A stretch of 64,000 nt of DNA, from the NCBI GenBank assembly GCA_963804165.1, contig CAWDPO010000009.1, positions 64,001 to 128,000 of the forward strand. Direction: 5' to 3'. The notes under the pieces were generated by a model. It was not told where the DNA came from. It worked only from the letters and a program-made list of their open reading frames with translations, and searched no databases. This document shows, one piece after another, positions 53,367 to 63,755 of this stretch (its first letter is position 1; every line of letters begins with the position of its first letter). Position numbers and translations under genes: made by a program. This DNA is from an uncultured delta proteobacterium. GTDB taxonomy: Bacteria > Desulfobacterota > Binatia > UBA9968.

Positions 53367-54110
53367 TCAGTGGAAAACACTCCCGCCGTCGACAACGATT
53401 GCTTGTCCGGTCATAAAGTCGCTGTCAGACGAAGCAAGAAAAACTAGCGTACCCATCAAATCGTCCGGTGTCTGCAGCCGCTTGATCGAGCGCGCCTCGA
53501 GCTGCAGCTCCGTCAGCGCTTTCGGCGCGTTCTGACCTTCGTGTTCGACCAACCCCGGCGCAATCGCGTTGACGCAGATGCCGAAATCGCCGACTTCGCG
53601 CGCCAGCGCGCGGGTCATGCCGATCAGTGCCGCTTTGGACGCAACGTAATGCAGAAAATTCGGCGTGCCCCAATATGCAGTCGACGACGAGATGTTTATG
53701 ATCTTGCCGCTCTTTTGTTCCTTCATTTGCGGGAACACGGCTTTGGCGCACAGAAACGGCCCTTTGATGTTGACAGCGGAAACGCGATCCCACTCCTCGG
53801 AGCTAATCTCGTAGAAAGGATGCCGCTCAATATTGATAAAGATCGCTGCGTTGTTGACGAGAATATCGATGCGACCGAAAGCTTTCACCGTTTCGGCGGC
53901 CATGCCGTTGGTATCATCTTCCTTTGACACGTCAACTTTGAGCGCGAGCGCCCCGCCGCCTTTGGAGCGAATCTCTTCCGCCACCGATTCGCCGTCGAGA
54001 ATATCGGCGATCACAACAGCCGCGCCTTCCTCCGCAAGTCGGCGGCAATAAGCCGCGCCGATGTGCCGCGCGCCGCCGGTAACGATCGCGACTTTACCTG
54101 TCAGTCTCAA
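53367..54110 (-). CDS. SDR family oxidoreductase
   Basis: TGGARHIG, NNAA, YVASK, FMTGQAIVVDGG; TTG start after AGGAGG (ORF open from 54125). Confidence 0.92.
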   Translation of the reverse strand: MRLTGKVAIVTGGARHIGAAYCRRLAEEGAAVVIADILDGESVAEEIRSKGGGALALKVDVSKEDDTNGMAAETVKAFGRIDILVNNAAIFINIERHPFYEISSEEWDRVSAVNIKGPFLCAKAVFPQMKEQKSGKIINISSSTAYWGTPNFLHYVASKAALIGMTRALAREVGDFGICVNAIAPGLVEHEGQNAPKALTELQLEARSIKRLQTPDDLMGTLVFLASSDSDFMTGQAIVVDGGSVFH

Positions 54111-54139
54111 CGCTGCCTCCTGCAATCATTGTTTCTGAC

Positions 54140-54223
54140 GTTGAACCTTGAACGGTTGAATCGTTGAACGTTCCGACAGCTCCGAACCCATCACTCCACC
54201 ACTCCATTACCCCAATACTCCAA
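54140..54223 (+). repeat. Adjacent TTGAAC array and CCATCACT/CCAATACT octamer array
   Basis: gttgaaccttgaacggttgaatcgttgaacg then cccatcactccaccactccattaccccaatactccaa. Confidence 0.7.
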
Positions 54224-54227
54224 CTTA

Positions 54228-55850
54228 TCATCGCAACCCTTCCAGGTGCGTCTTGAAGTCCACCGGCTGCCACCATGGTTTTATTCCCAACGCCTCTGCA
54301 ATGACGCGTGCAGCGTTGTATCCCGGCGCACCGGTGATGTTGCCGCCGGGATGGCATGACGATCCGCACATGAATAATCCGTCGATCGGTGTGCGATATT
54401 GCCCCCAGCCGGGAAACGGACGGTTATCCAATGCCTGATCGCCGGAGTATTCGCCGACCATCCAGTCGCCGCTGTACATATTTTTATCATGCCGCTCGAT
54501 ATCGAGCGGCGTCGTCGAATCGGTCGAAAGAATATTGTTTTCATCCAGATTCGGCGCGAACTTCTGCCACACTGCGAGCTGCTTCTCAAACCATTCACCA
54601 CGAACCTTGTCCCAATTTAGCGCGTTGCCCCAAAGATTGTAGGTCATCAACTGCCACATGAATGCCGTCGCCTTACCTGGCGGCGCCTGCGTCGGATCGT
54701 GATAAGACGGTGTGGCGCCGTTCATGAATGGTTTCCGCGGCAGCTGGCCCGTGCGGCAATCTTCGAAGAGATTTACCAGGTCCTGATACTCGTCCAATCC
54801 GACGATGTGCATGAATGCGCCCGCCACTTCGGGATGTTTTTCTTCAGTGATGTATTTCGGCCGCTCGTTTAACGCTAAATTGACCGCGAAGATGGGCGTA
54901 GTTTTTGAAAAGCGAAAGTTTACCGCCAAATCGGCGAACTTCGAGTCGAGATTTTCCTTGCCGACAAGCTTGATGAACGTCTCGACCGGATTGACGTTCG
55001 ACGCGATAAACTGCCGCGCTCGGATTACCGTGCCGTCTTCCAGCACCACGGCCGTCGCTTGTCCTCTTTCGACGAGAATCCGCTCGACCCCATTGGCTTC
55101 GATATAGTCCACACCGTTGTGCGACAGCATGTGCGCGAGGTTGTCGCCGAGGGCGTGCGAGGTGCCGCGGCAGAGCTGCGGATTGACGCCCCAGGCGATC
55201 ATCGCGGGAATCAAATAGCCCGTTTGCGGCGCGTCGAGCTCATAGCCGCGCATCACCCCGAGAAAAGCGATGAACGCGCGCACGCGCGGGTGCTCGAAGT
55301 GTTGCAGGACGAATTCCTCCGGCGTCGTGTCGAAATATTTTAAATACTCGCGTCCCTCGGGAACTTTCTCCAAGAGCGGGCGCTTTTCTTCCATTGGCAA
55401 CGGCACTGAGTAGGTTTCATTGAACACGATCTTCTGCACCACCGGCTGCCAGCGCTCCCAGATATCCATGAAAGAAGCGGCGTCCTTCCTAGAGAACCCT
55501 TCGATGGTTTCGACGGTCCGCTTCACATCAGCGAACCAGCCGAGATAAGTTTTGTCGAGAAAGTGGTGCACGACACCGGGATCGGGCCGATAGTAGTGAA
55601 TGCCAAAATTTTCTAATTCTAAATCTTTGAACCACGGCAGCATCATCAGTCCGCGATGAAAGACTGAATGAATGTTGTGCCAGAAGCCAGGATAGTTGCG
55701 GTCTTCGTGGGAATCCAAGCCGCCGCCCACTTCCATGTTTTTTTCCACGACCATGATCTTCTGCCCGCACTTGGCAAGATAAGCCGCGCAGATCATGCCG
55801 TTGTGACCCGCTCCGATCACGACGCCGTCGTATTCCAATATTTTTGCCAT
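54228..55850 (-). CDS. NAD(P)/FAD-dependent oxidoreductase, phytoene dehydrogenase family
   Basis: IGAGHNG, DPTQAPPGK, TPLDIE, YRTPIDGLFMCGSSCHPGG.ITGAPGYNAA. Confidence 0.9.
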   Translation of the reverse strand: MAKILEYDGVVIGAGHNGMICAAYLAKCGQKIMVVEKNMEVGGGLDSHEDRNYPGFWHNIHSVFHRGLMMLPWFKDLELENFGIHYYRPDPGVVHHFLDKTYLGWFADVKRTVETIEGFSRKDAASFMDIWERWQPVVQKIVFNETYSVPLPMEEKRPLLEKVPEGREYLKYFDTTPEEFVLQHFEHPRVRAFIAFLGVMRGYELDAPQTGYLIPAMIAWGVNPQLCRGTSHALGDNLAHMLSHNGVDYIEANGVERILVERGQATAVVLEDGTVIRARQFIASNVNPVETFIKLVGKENLDSKFADLAVNFRFSKTTPIFAVNLALNERPKYITEEKHPEVAGAFMHIVGLDEYQDLVNLFEDCRTGQLPRKPFMNGATPSYHDPTQAPPGKATAFMWQLMTYNLWGNALNWDKVRGEWFEKQLAVWQKFAPNLDENNILSTDSTTPLDIERHDKNMYSGDWMVGEYSGDQALDNRPFPGWGQYRTPIDGLFMCGSSCHPGGNITGAPGYNAARVIAEALGIKPWWQPVDFKTHLEGLR

Positions 55851-55871
55851 CGCCTCTTGTTTCTTCGACCG

Positions 55872-55946
55872 ACGTTGAACCTTTGAACATTGAACCTTGA
55901 ACGAACACGCCCGTTCAAACGTTCAACGGTTCAATCGTTCAACGTC
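55872..55946. repeat. Inverted pair of TTGAAC/GTTCAA arrays within operon
   Basis: acgttgaacctttgaacattgaaccttgaacg ... cgttcaaacgttcaacggttcaatcgttcaacgt. Confidence 0.8.
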
Positions 55947-55954
55947 AGTCAATA

Positions 55955-57535
55955 TTAGATTGTAAGTTTCAAGTCTTCCGTCATGATCTGCCAGCAGTTA
56001 TAGCCCGAGCCTGCGATGACCGCGTCCGCCGGATGCATCGCGACGCCGACTTGATAGAGCCCGCGAATCGGTGTGCGATAGTCGGCAATCTGCTCGATCG
56101 GGCGCTGCTCACCCATCTGCGTTGCGACTTTGCGCGCGACCCATATCGAACCGCGCCGCATGTTCGGCCAGCGACCCGAGATATAAAATGGCTCCATCGC
56201 TACTTTCATCTCGATATTTTCATCGGTCAAGTTGGTCGCATAGCGACGCCAAATTTTAATAACCGAATCCATGAAGCTATTCTTGACCTTGACCCAATCC
56301 TCGGGCTGTCTGCCTTTTAACTGGAACGGGACCGGCATATACACCGACGCGGCGTGCTTTCCTTGTGGCGCTTGCAATGGATCGAACGCGGTCGGACAAA
56401 TTGCGTGCAAACAAACATGCTTGGGAAATTCGCCGGCGCGAATCTCTTCCCACATCTCTTCGAGATCTGTCGGCGTCTCCGGCCCCATGTTGACATTCAT
56501 CGCCTGCCCGACAGCGGGATCGTTTACCTCGTGGAGCGCGTAACGCACCGGCGCCTTCAACGCCAGGTGAACTTGAAAATAGGAGAATTCATCGCCCTGA
56601 ATATCTTTCACCCGCTCGATGAACGTTCGCGGCAGATAGTCCTCGCCGACCATTTCGACGAGGGTGGAATACGGATCGGCATTCGAAACCACCGCGAGCC
56701 GGGCCTTCCATTCGCGCCCATCGCGCAAATGCACGCCGACAGCGCGGCCTTCGTCGACGAGAATCCTTTCGACGTGATGGACGGCGCGGATCTGACCGCC
56801 GCTGTGCACGTAAGCTCGCTGCAGCACCTGCGCGATCGAATGCGATCCGCCGCGCGCCAGCTCCGGATTTTCGTCGCCGGCAATCATTTTTAACACTTCG
56901 ATGCCGCCGCCGGCGTAATCCAGTCCGACGCCCCGCGGGATCGCCATCTGAGACAGCACCAAAGTTTTTACCTCGGCATTTTCGAAGAGCTCGTCGACGA
57001 CCTGCCGCGGGGTTCGCTGCCACAACCGTTTGAAGTCTCCGCCAGCCGGCTCGGTGTCGATCTTGCGCAACAGCGTTTCGATTCGCGCCGGCGCCGTGCA
57101 GTAGTACGGAATCAGGTATTCCCTGATTAGTTTGCGGAACCGCTCGCGAGTCGCGCGCCACGCTTCCGCATCCTTGCGCGAAAACTTTTCGATCCCTGTA
57201 ACCGTGGCTTCGAGCGATTGGTGATGGCAGATCGATTTTCCATCAGAAAACAGCAACGCGTTAACCACCGGCGGCGAGACAAACTCGGCATGATAGCCGT
57301 CGGCCCAATCGAGTTCCTTCCAGACCGGCGAGACTTCGCGGTTGTCCTGAAAATAAGCCAGCGTATTGTGCCAATAGCCTGGGCGGGTGATCTCTTCGCT
57401 GGCGAGCCTGCCGCCATTCTCCAACCGGCTCTCGCAGATCACCGTCTTGAGACCGGCTTTCCCGAGGTAGGTGCCGAGGGCAAAATTATTTTGCCCGGCA
57501 CCGATGAGAATTACATCCCATTCGCCGTCAGCCAT
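55955..57535 (-). CDS. NAD(P)/FAD-dependent oxidoreductase, phytoene dehydrogenase family (divergent paralogue)
   Basis: IGAGQNN, DPLQAPQGKH, YRTPIRGLY. Confidence 0.88.
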   Translation of the reverse strand: MADGEWDVILIGAGQNNFALGTYLGKAGLKTVICESRLENGGRLASEEITRPGYWHNTLAYFQDNREVSPVWKELDWADGYHAEFVSPPVVNALLFSDGKSICHHQSLEATVTGIEKFSRKDAEAWRATRERFRKLIREYLIPYYCTAPARIETLLRKIDTEPAGGDFKRLWQRTPRQVVDELFENAEVKTLVLSQMAIPRGVGLDYAGGGIEVLKMIAGDENPELARGGSHSIAQVLQRAYVHSGGQIRAVHHVERILVDEGRAVGVHLRDGREWKARLAVVSNADPYSTLVEMVGEDYLPRTFIERVKDIQGDEFSYFQVHLALKAPVRYALHEVNDPAVGQAMNVNMGPETPTDLEEMWEEIRAGEFPKHVCLHAICPTAFDPLQAPQGKHAASVYMPVPFQLKGRQPEDWVKVKNSFMDSVIKIWRRYATNLTDENIEMKVAMEPFYISGRWPNMRRGSIWVARKVATQMGEQRPIEQIADYRTPIRGLYQVGVAMHPADAVIAGSGYNCWQIMTEDLKLTI

Positions 57536-57588
57536 GGTGTCTCCGAGAGGCTTTGGAACAATTGGAACGCTTCGATTTTTCTGCAGAA

Positions 57589-58608
57589 CTAGTTCTGCAG
57601 AAAAATCTTTCGGTACTCCGCCATCTTTTCCGCGTAGGTTTTCTTGTCCATGTCGATCATCTCGACCAGCTCGATCTTATCCGCATCCGGAATCGGCGGG
57701 TAGATTCCCTTGCGTGTAACGAACTCGCCGATGGCGGCCATGATCTTCAGTCCCTCTTCCCCGATGAAGTAATCGATAAACGCTTTGCCGGAGTTTGGAT
57801 GGACCGGTTTGGCCGCCAGGGCCACCGCTTGCCCGTCGCCCATGAACTTGCCCAGTCGCACGTAATCGATCGGCACTCCCTTCTTCCCGTAAAAGACGAC
57901 ATTTTTTAGAAATCCGATGCCGATGGGGGTCTCGCCGGTGGTCACCCGCTCGCCTGCCGGCGTCAGCGATTCGACCAGGAGTGGCTTGGTCGCCGCCAGA
58001 TCGCGGATAAACTTGTCGGCCCTCTCGCGACTGCCCATGACTTTATGGAGACTGGCAAGCCATTGAGCGGTAGTCGTGTGTTGGCTGGCATCCGGCATGA
58101 CCACTTTGCCGCGGTATTGCGGCTTGAGCAGGTCTTCCAACGACTTTGGCGCGTCGGCGGGCTTGACGATGCCGGAGTGGTAGATAATGCCGATCACCGC
58201 ATTGCGATACTGCGGTCCCAAGTTCGGATGCATCACTTCTCTGGAAAAGAAGCGGCCGGACGGCGAATCATATTTGGACAACCCGCCCTCGTTGAACATG
58301 AATTCCATCGGCGGCGTGGTGGTCAGCACGACGTCATAGAGCGGTTTTCCCGTGCGACTTTCGTTGAGCACGCGATCCATCACTTTGGTCGACGCCGCGC
58401 GCCAAAACTCGATGTCAAGACCAGTTTTCTTTTTAAACGCGGCGGCGATCAGATCCATGGTGTCATTCTCGATCGATCCGTACACCACGAGCTTGCCGCC
58501 TTCTTTCTTGGCCGCTTCAATCAGCTTGGCGTCTTGCGCTGCGACCGACCGATTGCCAATAAACGTCACTGCCGCGGCCAATGCTACTGCAAAGCAAATA
58601 CGGTGCAT
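57589..58608 (-). CDS. Extracellular solute-binding protein (FbpA/AfuA-like)
   Basis: Signal peptide, AAKKEGGKLVVYGS, APKSLEDLL, HPNSG. Confidence 0.88.
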   Translation of the reverse strand: MHRICFAVALAAAVTFIGNRSVAAQDAKLIEAAKKEGGKLVVYGSIENDTMDLIAAAFKKKTGLDIEFWRAASTKVMDRVLNESRTGKPLYDVVLTTTPPMEFMFNEGGLSKYDSPSGRFFSREVMHPNLGPQYRNAVIGIIYHSGIVKPADAPKSLEDLLKPQYRGKVVMPDASQHTTTAQWLASLHKVMGSRERADKFIRDLAATKPLLVESLTPAGERVTTGETPIGIGFLKNVVFYGKKGVPIDYVRLGKFMGDGQAVALAAKPVHPNSGKAFIDYFIGEEGLKIMAAIGEFVTRKGIYPPIPDADKIELVEMIDMDKKTYAEKMAEYRKIFLQN

Positions 58609-58715
58609 GCGCTCAGGTCTCCTTAATGGGAATGATGCCTCTCAATATCGAAAAGCATGGTGGATGTCCATTGTTTGTCTATGGCATGCTCCTTTGCTAG
58701 TTTAAATTGAAAGTC

Positions 58716-59834
58716 ATGACTCCAAGAGAAAAGCTCAAAAATATTCGCGAGGAACTGAAGCAAACGTTCCTAGAGCGCGCCGATTTGATCGACGGCGCTC
58801 TTGCGGCGCTGCTGTCGTCGCACCATTTACTGATCATCGGCCCGCCGGGCACCGCCAAATCCATGCTCGCTGACGAGCTTTGCCGCCGCATCGAAGGAGC
58901 GAATTATTTTCAGTGGCTGCTGACTCGCTTTACCACTCCGGAAGAAATCTTCGGCGCGGTCAGCTTAAAAGCGTTGGAACAGGACGATTACCGTCGCGTT
59001 ACGATCCGCAAACTGCCCGACGCCCACATTGCTTTCTTAGATGAGATATTTAAAGCGAACTCCTCGATTCTCAATGCGATTTTGACACTGATCAATGAGC
59101 GGCTGTTCCACAATGGCAAGGAAGTGACGCGGGTGCCGCTGCTCACCCTTTTCGGGGCGAGCAACGAGTTGCCGGAGGAAGAGGAGTTGACGGCGCTCTA
59201 CGACCGTTTTCTATTGCGCTTTGTGGTCAATTATATCGCCGAAGACTTTCGCTTCTTGAGAATGCTCGAATCCCAATCCCAACCGCAGCGAACCACGCTG
59301 ACGTTAGCGGAACTCAATGAATTGCAGCAGGCGGTGCGTGACGTACCGCTGCCGTCGTATGTTTACCGCGGCATCGCGGATATTCGCCGCGAGCTCAATA
59401 AGAAAAACATCCAGGCCTCGGATCGGCGCTACCGCCAATCCCTCGCCTTGCTTCAAGCCCACGCATTTCTCGAAGGCGAAGCTCAGGTTCAAGAAAAAAG
59501 CCTGTTGTTCCTAGAGCACGCGCTCTGGCGCGATCCAGCTGAACAGGAGCAGGTGCGCAGCACGATTCGTGAGCTTCTGCTCGGCTACGAAGAGGAGATT
59601 ACCGAATTGCTTTACGAGTCGCGCGAGATTCGCGAGTCTGCGCTGCAACCCGGCAGAACGACCGATGAGCGCGCCCGGGCACTCATTGAGTTTCATACCA
59701 AACTCAGAAACATTCTCACGAAGGTCGACCAAATCATGGACAAGGCCAAACGCCTTGGCCGCCCGATCGAGCGTGTCACGTCGGTGCGCAGCGAGATCGA
59801 GCAATTACAGAAAGATATGCTGGAACAGTTCTGA
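58716..59834 (+). CDS. MoxR-family AAA+ ATPase, RavA-like
   Basis: GPPGTAKS, LLTRFTTPEEIFG, FLDEIFKANSSILN, ALYDRFLLR, SDRR. Confidence 0.9.
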   Translation: MTPREKLKNIREELKQTFLERADLIDGALAALLSSHHLLIIGPPGTAKSMLADELCRRIEGANYFQWLLTRFTTPEEIFGAVSLKALEQDDYRRVTIRKLPDAHIAFLDEIFKANSSILNAILTLINERLFHNGKEVTRVPLLTLFGASNELPEEEELTALYDRFLLRFVVNYIAEDFRFLRMLESQSQPQRTTLTLAELNELQQAVRDVPLPSYVYRGIADIRRELNKKNIQASDRRYRQSLALLQAHAFLEGEAQVQEKSLLFLEHALWRDPAEQEQVRSTIRELLLGYEEEITELLYESREIRESALQPGRTTDERARALIEFHTKLRNILTKVDQIMDKAKRLGRPIERVTSVRSEIEQLQKDMLEQF

Positions 59835-61408
59835 TGCCTCCCAGGCGTAAACAAAAACCGCCGGTCAAACGCGTTTTTCAGCGTCTTCCCGAGAAAACCT
59901 TCTGGATCGACAACGACGCCTATGACCGGCGCGTCTGGGAACATCTGCGCGCTGAGTCCCCTTCGCTGCGCGAGCTGGAGGACAAAGGGAGCCATCTCCT
60001 GCCCCATTTTGCTTCGCTGCTGCAGGATATTTTCTGTCTTTTATTCAAGTATAACATTAACTACCATAACGACGCGGACGTCGCGTCCAGCGCCCTACTC
60101 AATCAGAAATTTCTCCACGCCATCCACCAGGGCGCGCAATATGATTTTCTGCGCGATCAAACTCTGCTGAACGAAGCCCACGCGGGACTATCGACCCTGA
60201 TTCTCGGTGAAAGACTGCTCAACCGAGTGCGCGAGGAGAAATTTCTTACGCGCCGAGATATGCGCGACCTCTGGGACATTCAGAAACAAGAAGAGTTGGT
60301 CAACCAGAAGATCGAAGAGTACGAAAACGCCGACACGATCCCGGAAGATCAAATGTCCGAGGAGGGCAAGAAGGCGTTACAAAAAGCCAAAGAACGCATG
60401 GGCGGTGAGGTGCAAGGAGCTGAGGCTTTGCTGCGCCAAAAGACTCAACAGCTCAAGGAAGACTTGAGCCAGATCGAGTCTCAGGCAAGCAACCGTCTGC
60501 AAGCCGAGACGATCAAAGTAGCGCAAGAGCTCGAAGACGCAACCGAAGAAGCGGAGACCTGGGGCAACACGATCGGCACTGGGCAGCGCACTCCGCCTGG
60601 ACAGAAACTCGAGCTCGGCCGCCGCCTCGCTGGCAACGAAAAGCTCAAGAAGCTTGCGCGCATGGTCGGACGCATGAAGCTGAGCGCGCTCGCTATACGC
60701 AAGAAGGTCTTCGAGCGATCTAGTGAAGAAATACTTGAAGTAGAGCAAGGCGACGCAATTCACCGCCTTTTGCCAAACGAATTGCTCTCGTTGCACCATC
60801 CCATTTTACGAAAGGATTTTTACCGTCGCTTTCTCGACCAGGAACTCATTCAATATTCGCTCCGCGGTGTCGAAGAAAAAGGCAAAGGACCGATGATCGT
60901 GTGTCTCGATGGCAGCTCGTCGATGTCCGGCGACAAAGAAATCTGGTCGAAAGCGGTGACGCTTACGCTGCTGGAGATTGCCCGAAAGCAACGTCGCTTA
61001 TTTCGCTCGATCTGCTTTTCATCGGCGGAAACACCGCTCCAGATTCTCGACATGAACCCGCGCGATCGTTACGAAGTCGAAACCAAAACCGTGATGGACT
61101 TGGCGGAATACTTTCCAGGCGGCGGCACTGATTTTCAGAAACCTTTGGATGCCGCCCTCGAGTGTCTGCAGCAGTCGCGTTTTAAGAAAGGTGACATCAT
61201 TTTCATCACCGACGGCGAGTGTCAGGTCGATGCCGAATGGGCGGAACAGTTTCGCGAGGAAAAAGAAAGACTCGGCTTCTCGCTTTTTTCGATTTTGATC
61301 GATACGGGACCCGCATCGCTCGGAACACTGAAGGAATTCAGCGACCGCATCTCGACGATCAAGCAGTTGACCGGAGACGAGGCAAAAGAGATCTTCGTGA
61401 AATTCTAA
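59834..61408 (+). CDS. VWA domain protein, ViaA-like
   Basis: RLLPNEL, KGPMIVCLDGSSSM (MIDAS), GGGTDF, FITDGE; translationally coupled (TGATG). Confidence 0.88.
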   Translation: MPPRRKQKPPVKRVFQRLPEKTFWIDNDAYDRRVWEHLRAESPSLRELEDKGSHLLPHFASLLQDIFCLLFKYNINYHNDADVASSALLNQKFLHAIHQGAQYDFLRDQTLLNEAHAGLSTLILGERLLNRVREEKFLTRRDMRDLWDIQKQEELVNQKIEEYENADTIPEDQMSEEGKKALQKAKERMGGEVQGAEALLRQKTQQLKEDLSQIESQASNRLQAETIKVAQELEDATEEAETWGNTIGTGQRTPPGQKLELGRRLAGNEKLKKLARMVGRMKLSALAIRKKVFERSSEEILEVEQGDAIHRLLPNELLSLHHPILRKDFYRRFLDQELIQYSLRGVEEKGKGPMIVCLDGSSSMSGDKEIWSKAVTLTLLEIARKQRRLFRSICFSSAETPLQILDMNPRDRYEVETKTVMDLAEYFPGGGTDFQKPLDAALECLQQSRFKKGDIIFITDGECQVDAEWAEQFREEKERLGFSLFSILIDTGPASLGTLKEFSDRISTIKQLTGDEAKEIFVKF

Positions 61409-61435
61409 ACGGCAGCGTAACTTTCCGGTATCACT

Positions 61436-61951
61436 TTAGACATCCCACTCCCCCGCCACGAGCCGCGGAATCACCGGCTGTAAAATCCGATAGGACAATC
61501 CCCAAAGTCGATGCTCGCCGATCCGGTAGAACGAAACCTGTTCCGCTCTTTGCCAAGTTGGAAACCGATCGATCATTTTGTCGCGTGAATCGGGGCGCGT
61601 GAGATCTCTTAGTCTGACATCGACAATCTCAGCGATCTCGCGCTCGGCAATCTGCCATTGGGCGGGTACCCTAATGCGCGCGAGATAGGGGAAAACTCGA
61701 TAGCCGGTTGTTCGTGTTTTCTCCATCGGCAACTCCGCGAGCACGTCGCTTCGATCGACGATCAAGGCGAGTTCTTCACGCACTTCCCGCAGCGCCGTGT
61801 CGAGCATCGTTTCGTCTCCCGGGTCGTGCTTGCCGCCGGGAAACGCGATCTGCCCGCCGTGTACGCCGCCTGGATTGCGCAGAATCATGACGATATGCAG
61901 CTCGCCGTCTCCGGAGCGATAGACAGGTATGAGCACTGCGGCGTCGATCAT
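61436..61951 (-). CDS. CoA pyrophosphatase (NudL-like NUDIX)
   Basis: AAVLIP, HGGQIAFPGG..TALREVREE, LWGLS. Confidence 0.88.
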   Translation of the reverse strand: MIDAAVLIPVYRSGDGELHIVMILRNPGGVHGGQIAFPGGKHDPGDETMLDTALREVREELALIVDRSDVLAELPMEKTRTTGYRVFPYLARIRVPAQWQIAEREIAEIVDVRLRDLTRPDSRDKMIDRFPTWQRAEQVSFYRIGEHRLWGLSYRILQPVIPRLVAGEWDV

Positions 61952-62076
61952 CTGCGAATCCTTTCCTCGTTTCTACAACAACCGCACTGTTTGAGGCAAA
62001 GATCGGCAAAACACAAATAGACGGATTGCATCAACACGCGGATGTGATAAACGGGAGCGACGAAAAGGCCACAGGC

Positions 62077-63684
62077 ATGGACAAAAAACCCAACTTTCTC
62101 TTCATTATCACCGATCAACACCGGGCCGACCACCTTGGCTGCTACGGGAATGCAATAGTTCGCACGCCGAACATCGATCGCCTCGCCTTCAACGGCGCGC
62201 GTTTCGACAATTTTTACGTCGCCACGCCGATCTGCATGCCAAACCGCGCGACTTTGATGACCGGGCGCATGCCGTCGCTGCACGGCGCGCGGCAAAACGG
62301 CATTCCACTCTCGCTCACGGCGACGACCTTCGTCGATATTCTGCGCGCCGCGGGTTATTCCACCGCGCTCATCGGCAAATGTCATCTGCAAAGCATCAAT
62401 GGCAACCTTCCGGTCGTGGGTATGCCCGAAACCGACCCGCATCGAACTCCACCGCCGGCGGATCTTCGTGAAGCCGACAACACGTTGACGAAACACGGTC
62501 GTTACGATCAGGAACTCCCTTCCACCTGGGCGCGTGAACCGCACTTCGAGCCGTCTCTTCCCTACTACGGCTTTGACCATGTGGAACTCGCCATCGGCCA
62601 CGGCGACAAAACCGTCGGTCACTATGCGCGATGGCTCAAGGCGCGCCATGCGAATCCTGACGCGCTCCGCGGGGCGGAAAATCAGCTGCCGGGCAATCGT
62701 TATATCGCCCCGCAGGCCTGGCGCACGAGATTGCCCGAGGCGTTCTATCCGACCGCATACGTCGCTGAACGCACTATGATGTATCTGGAAAATTACGCCC
62801 GCACCGACCGCAGCAGACCGTTTTTTCTTCAATGTTCGTTCCCCGATCCGCACCATCCGTTTACACCGCCGGGACGCTACTGGGATATGTACGATCCCGA
62901 TTCGATCGAGCTGCCGGCGTCGTTCAATTCGGACGAGAGGCCGCTACCCCCTCACCTGCGAAATCTCTACGACGAGCGCGCGCAAAACATGGCGAATAGA
63001 GACGGACAGCGCGTTTTCGCCGTCACCGAACGCGAAGCGCGCGAAGCGATCGCGCTGACCTACGGCATGATCTCGATGGTCGACGACGCCATCGGCAGTA
63101 TTTTGGGTTGGCTAAGATCGCTCCGCATCGATGAAGACACGGTGATCGTGTTCACCAGCGATCACGGTGACTTTATGGGCGACCACCAATTGCTCCTCAA
63201 GGGCGCGTTGCATTACCGCGGCCTCGTGCGCGTGCCCTTTGTTTGGCGTGATTTAGAGACCAATGGCCACGGAGTCGTTAACTCCGGTCTCTGCGGCACC
63301 CTTGACATTGCCAGCACGATCCTCGCCCGCGCCGGACTGCAAGGGCACAACGGCATGCAGGGAGTCAGTCTTTTGCCGGCGACACGCGGCGAGAAAACCG
63401 GCCATGACTCTCTCGTTATCGAGGAGCACCAACGGCGCGGTTACATGGGGCTGAAGAATAATTTCCGCGCCCGCAGCCTGATGACCCAAGGCGCTCGATT
63501 GACGCTTTACGAAGGCGTCGAATGGGGCGAGCTTTACGACTTCGACAACGACCCCTATGAGTTGAACAACCTATGGGAGGATCCGCGTTCGCGTGAAAGA
63601 CGCCATCAGCTAACGGAAGAATTGGCGCGCAAAATGATAGCGCTCGCCGATTCGAGTCCGGTGGCGACCCACCACGGGCCTTAA
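62077..63684 (+). CDS. Sulfatase-like hydrolase
   Basis: KPNFLFIITDQ, CMPNR (CxPxR), IGKCHL, DPHHP, TSDHG. Confidence 0.92.
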   Translation: MDKKPNFLFIITDQHRADHLGCYGNAIVRTPNIDRLAFNGARFDNFYVATPICMPNRATLMTGRMPSLHGARQNGIPLSLTATTFVDILRAAGYSTALIGKCHLQSINGNLPVVGMPETDPHRTPPPADLREADNTLTKHGRYDQELPSTWAREPHFEPSLPYYGFDHVELAIGHGDKTVGHYARWLKARHANPDALRGAENQLPGNRYIAPQAWRTRLPEAFYPTAYVAERTMMYLENYARTDRSRPFFLQCSFPDPHHPFTPPGRYWDMYDPDSIELPASFNSDERPLPPHLRNLYDERAQNMANRDGQRVFAVTEREAREAIALTYGMISMVDDAIGSILGWLRSLRIDEDTVIVFTSDHGDFMGDHQLLLKGALHYRGLVRVPFVWRDLETNGHGVVNSGLCGTLDIASTILARAGLQGHNGMQGVSLLPATRGEKTGHDSLVIEEHQRRGYMGLKNNFRARSLMTQGARLTLYEGVEWGELYDFDNDPYELNNLWEDPRSRERRHQLTEELARKMIALADSSPVATHHGP

Positions 63685-63755
63685 ACGGAAGAACACGTTC
63701 CAATCGTTATCCGCTGCCGACCCTCCGCAGCAAAGGCATCACCTCTGAGAAACGC

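Noticed and set aside
54228-57535. Carotenoid biosynthesis (crtI/crtO)
   Set aside because: No crtB/crtE context; neighbours are catabolic
58682-58699. Sigma54 promoter (TGGCATGCTCCTTTGC; similar TGGCACGATGAATTGC near 6787)
   Set aside because: GG-to-GC spacing is 11 rather than the required 10, so it is unsupported unless an indel error is shown
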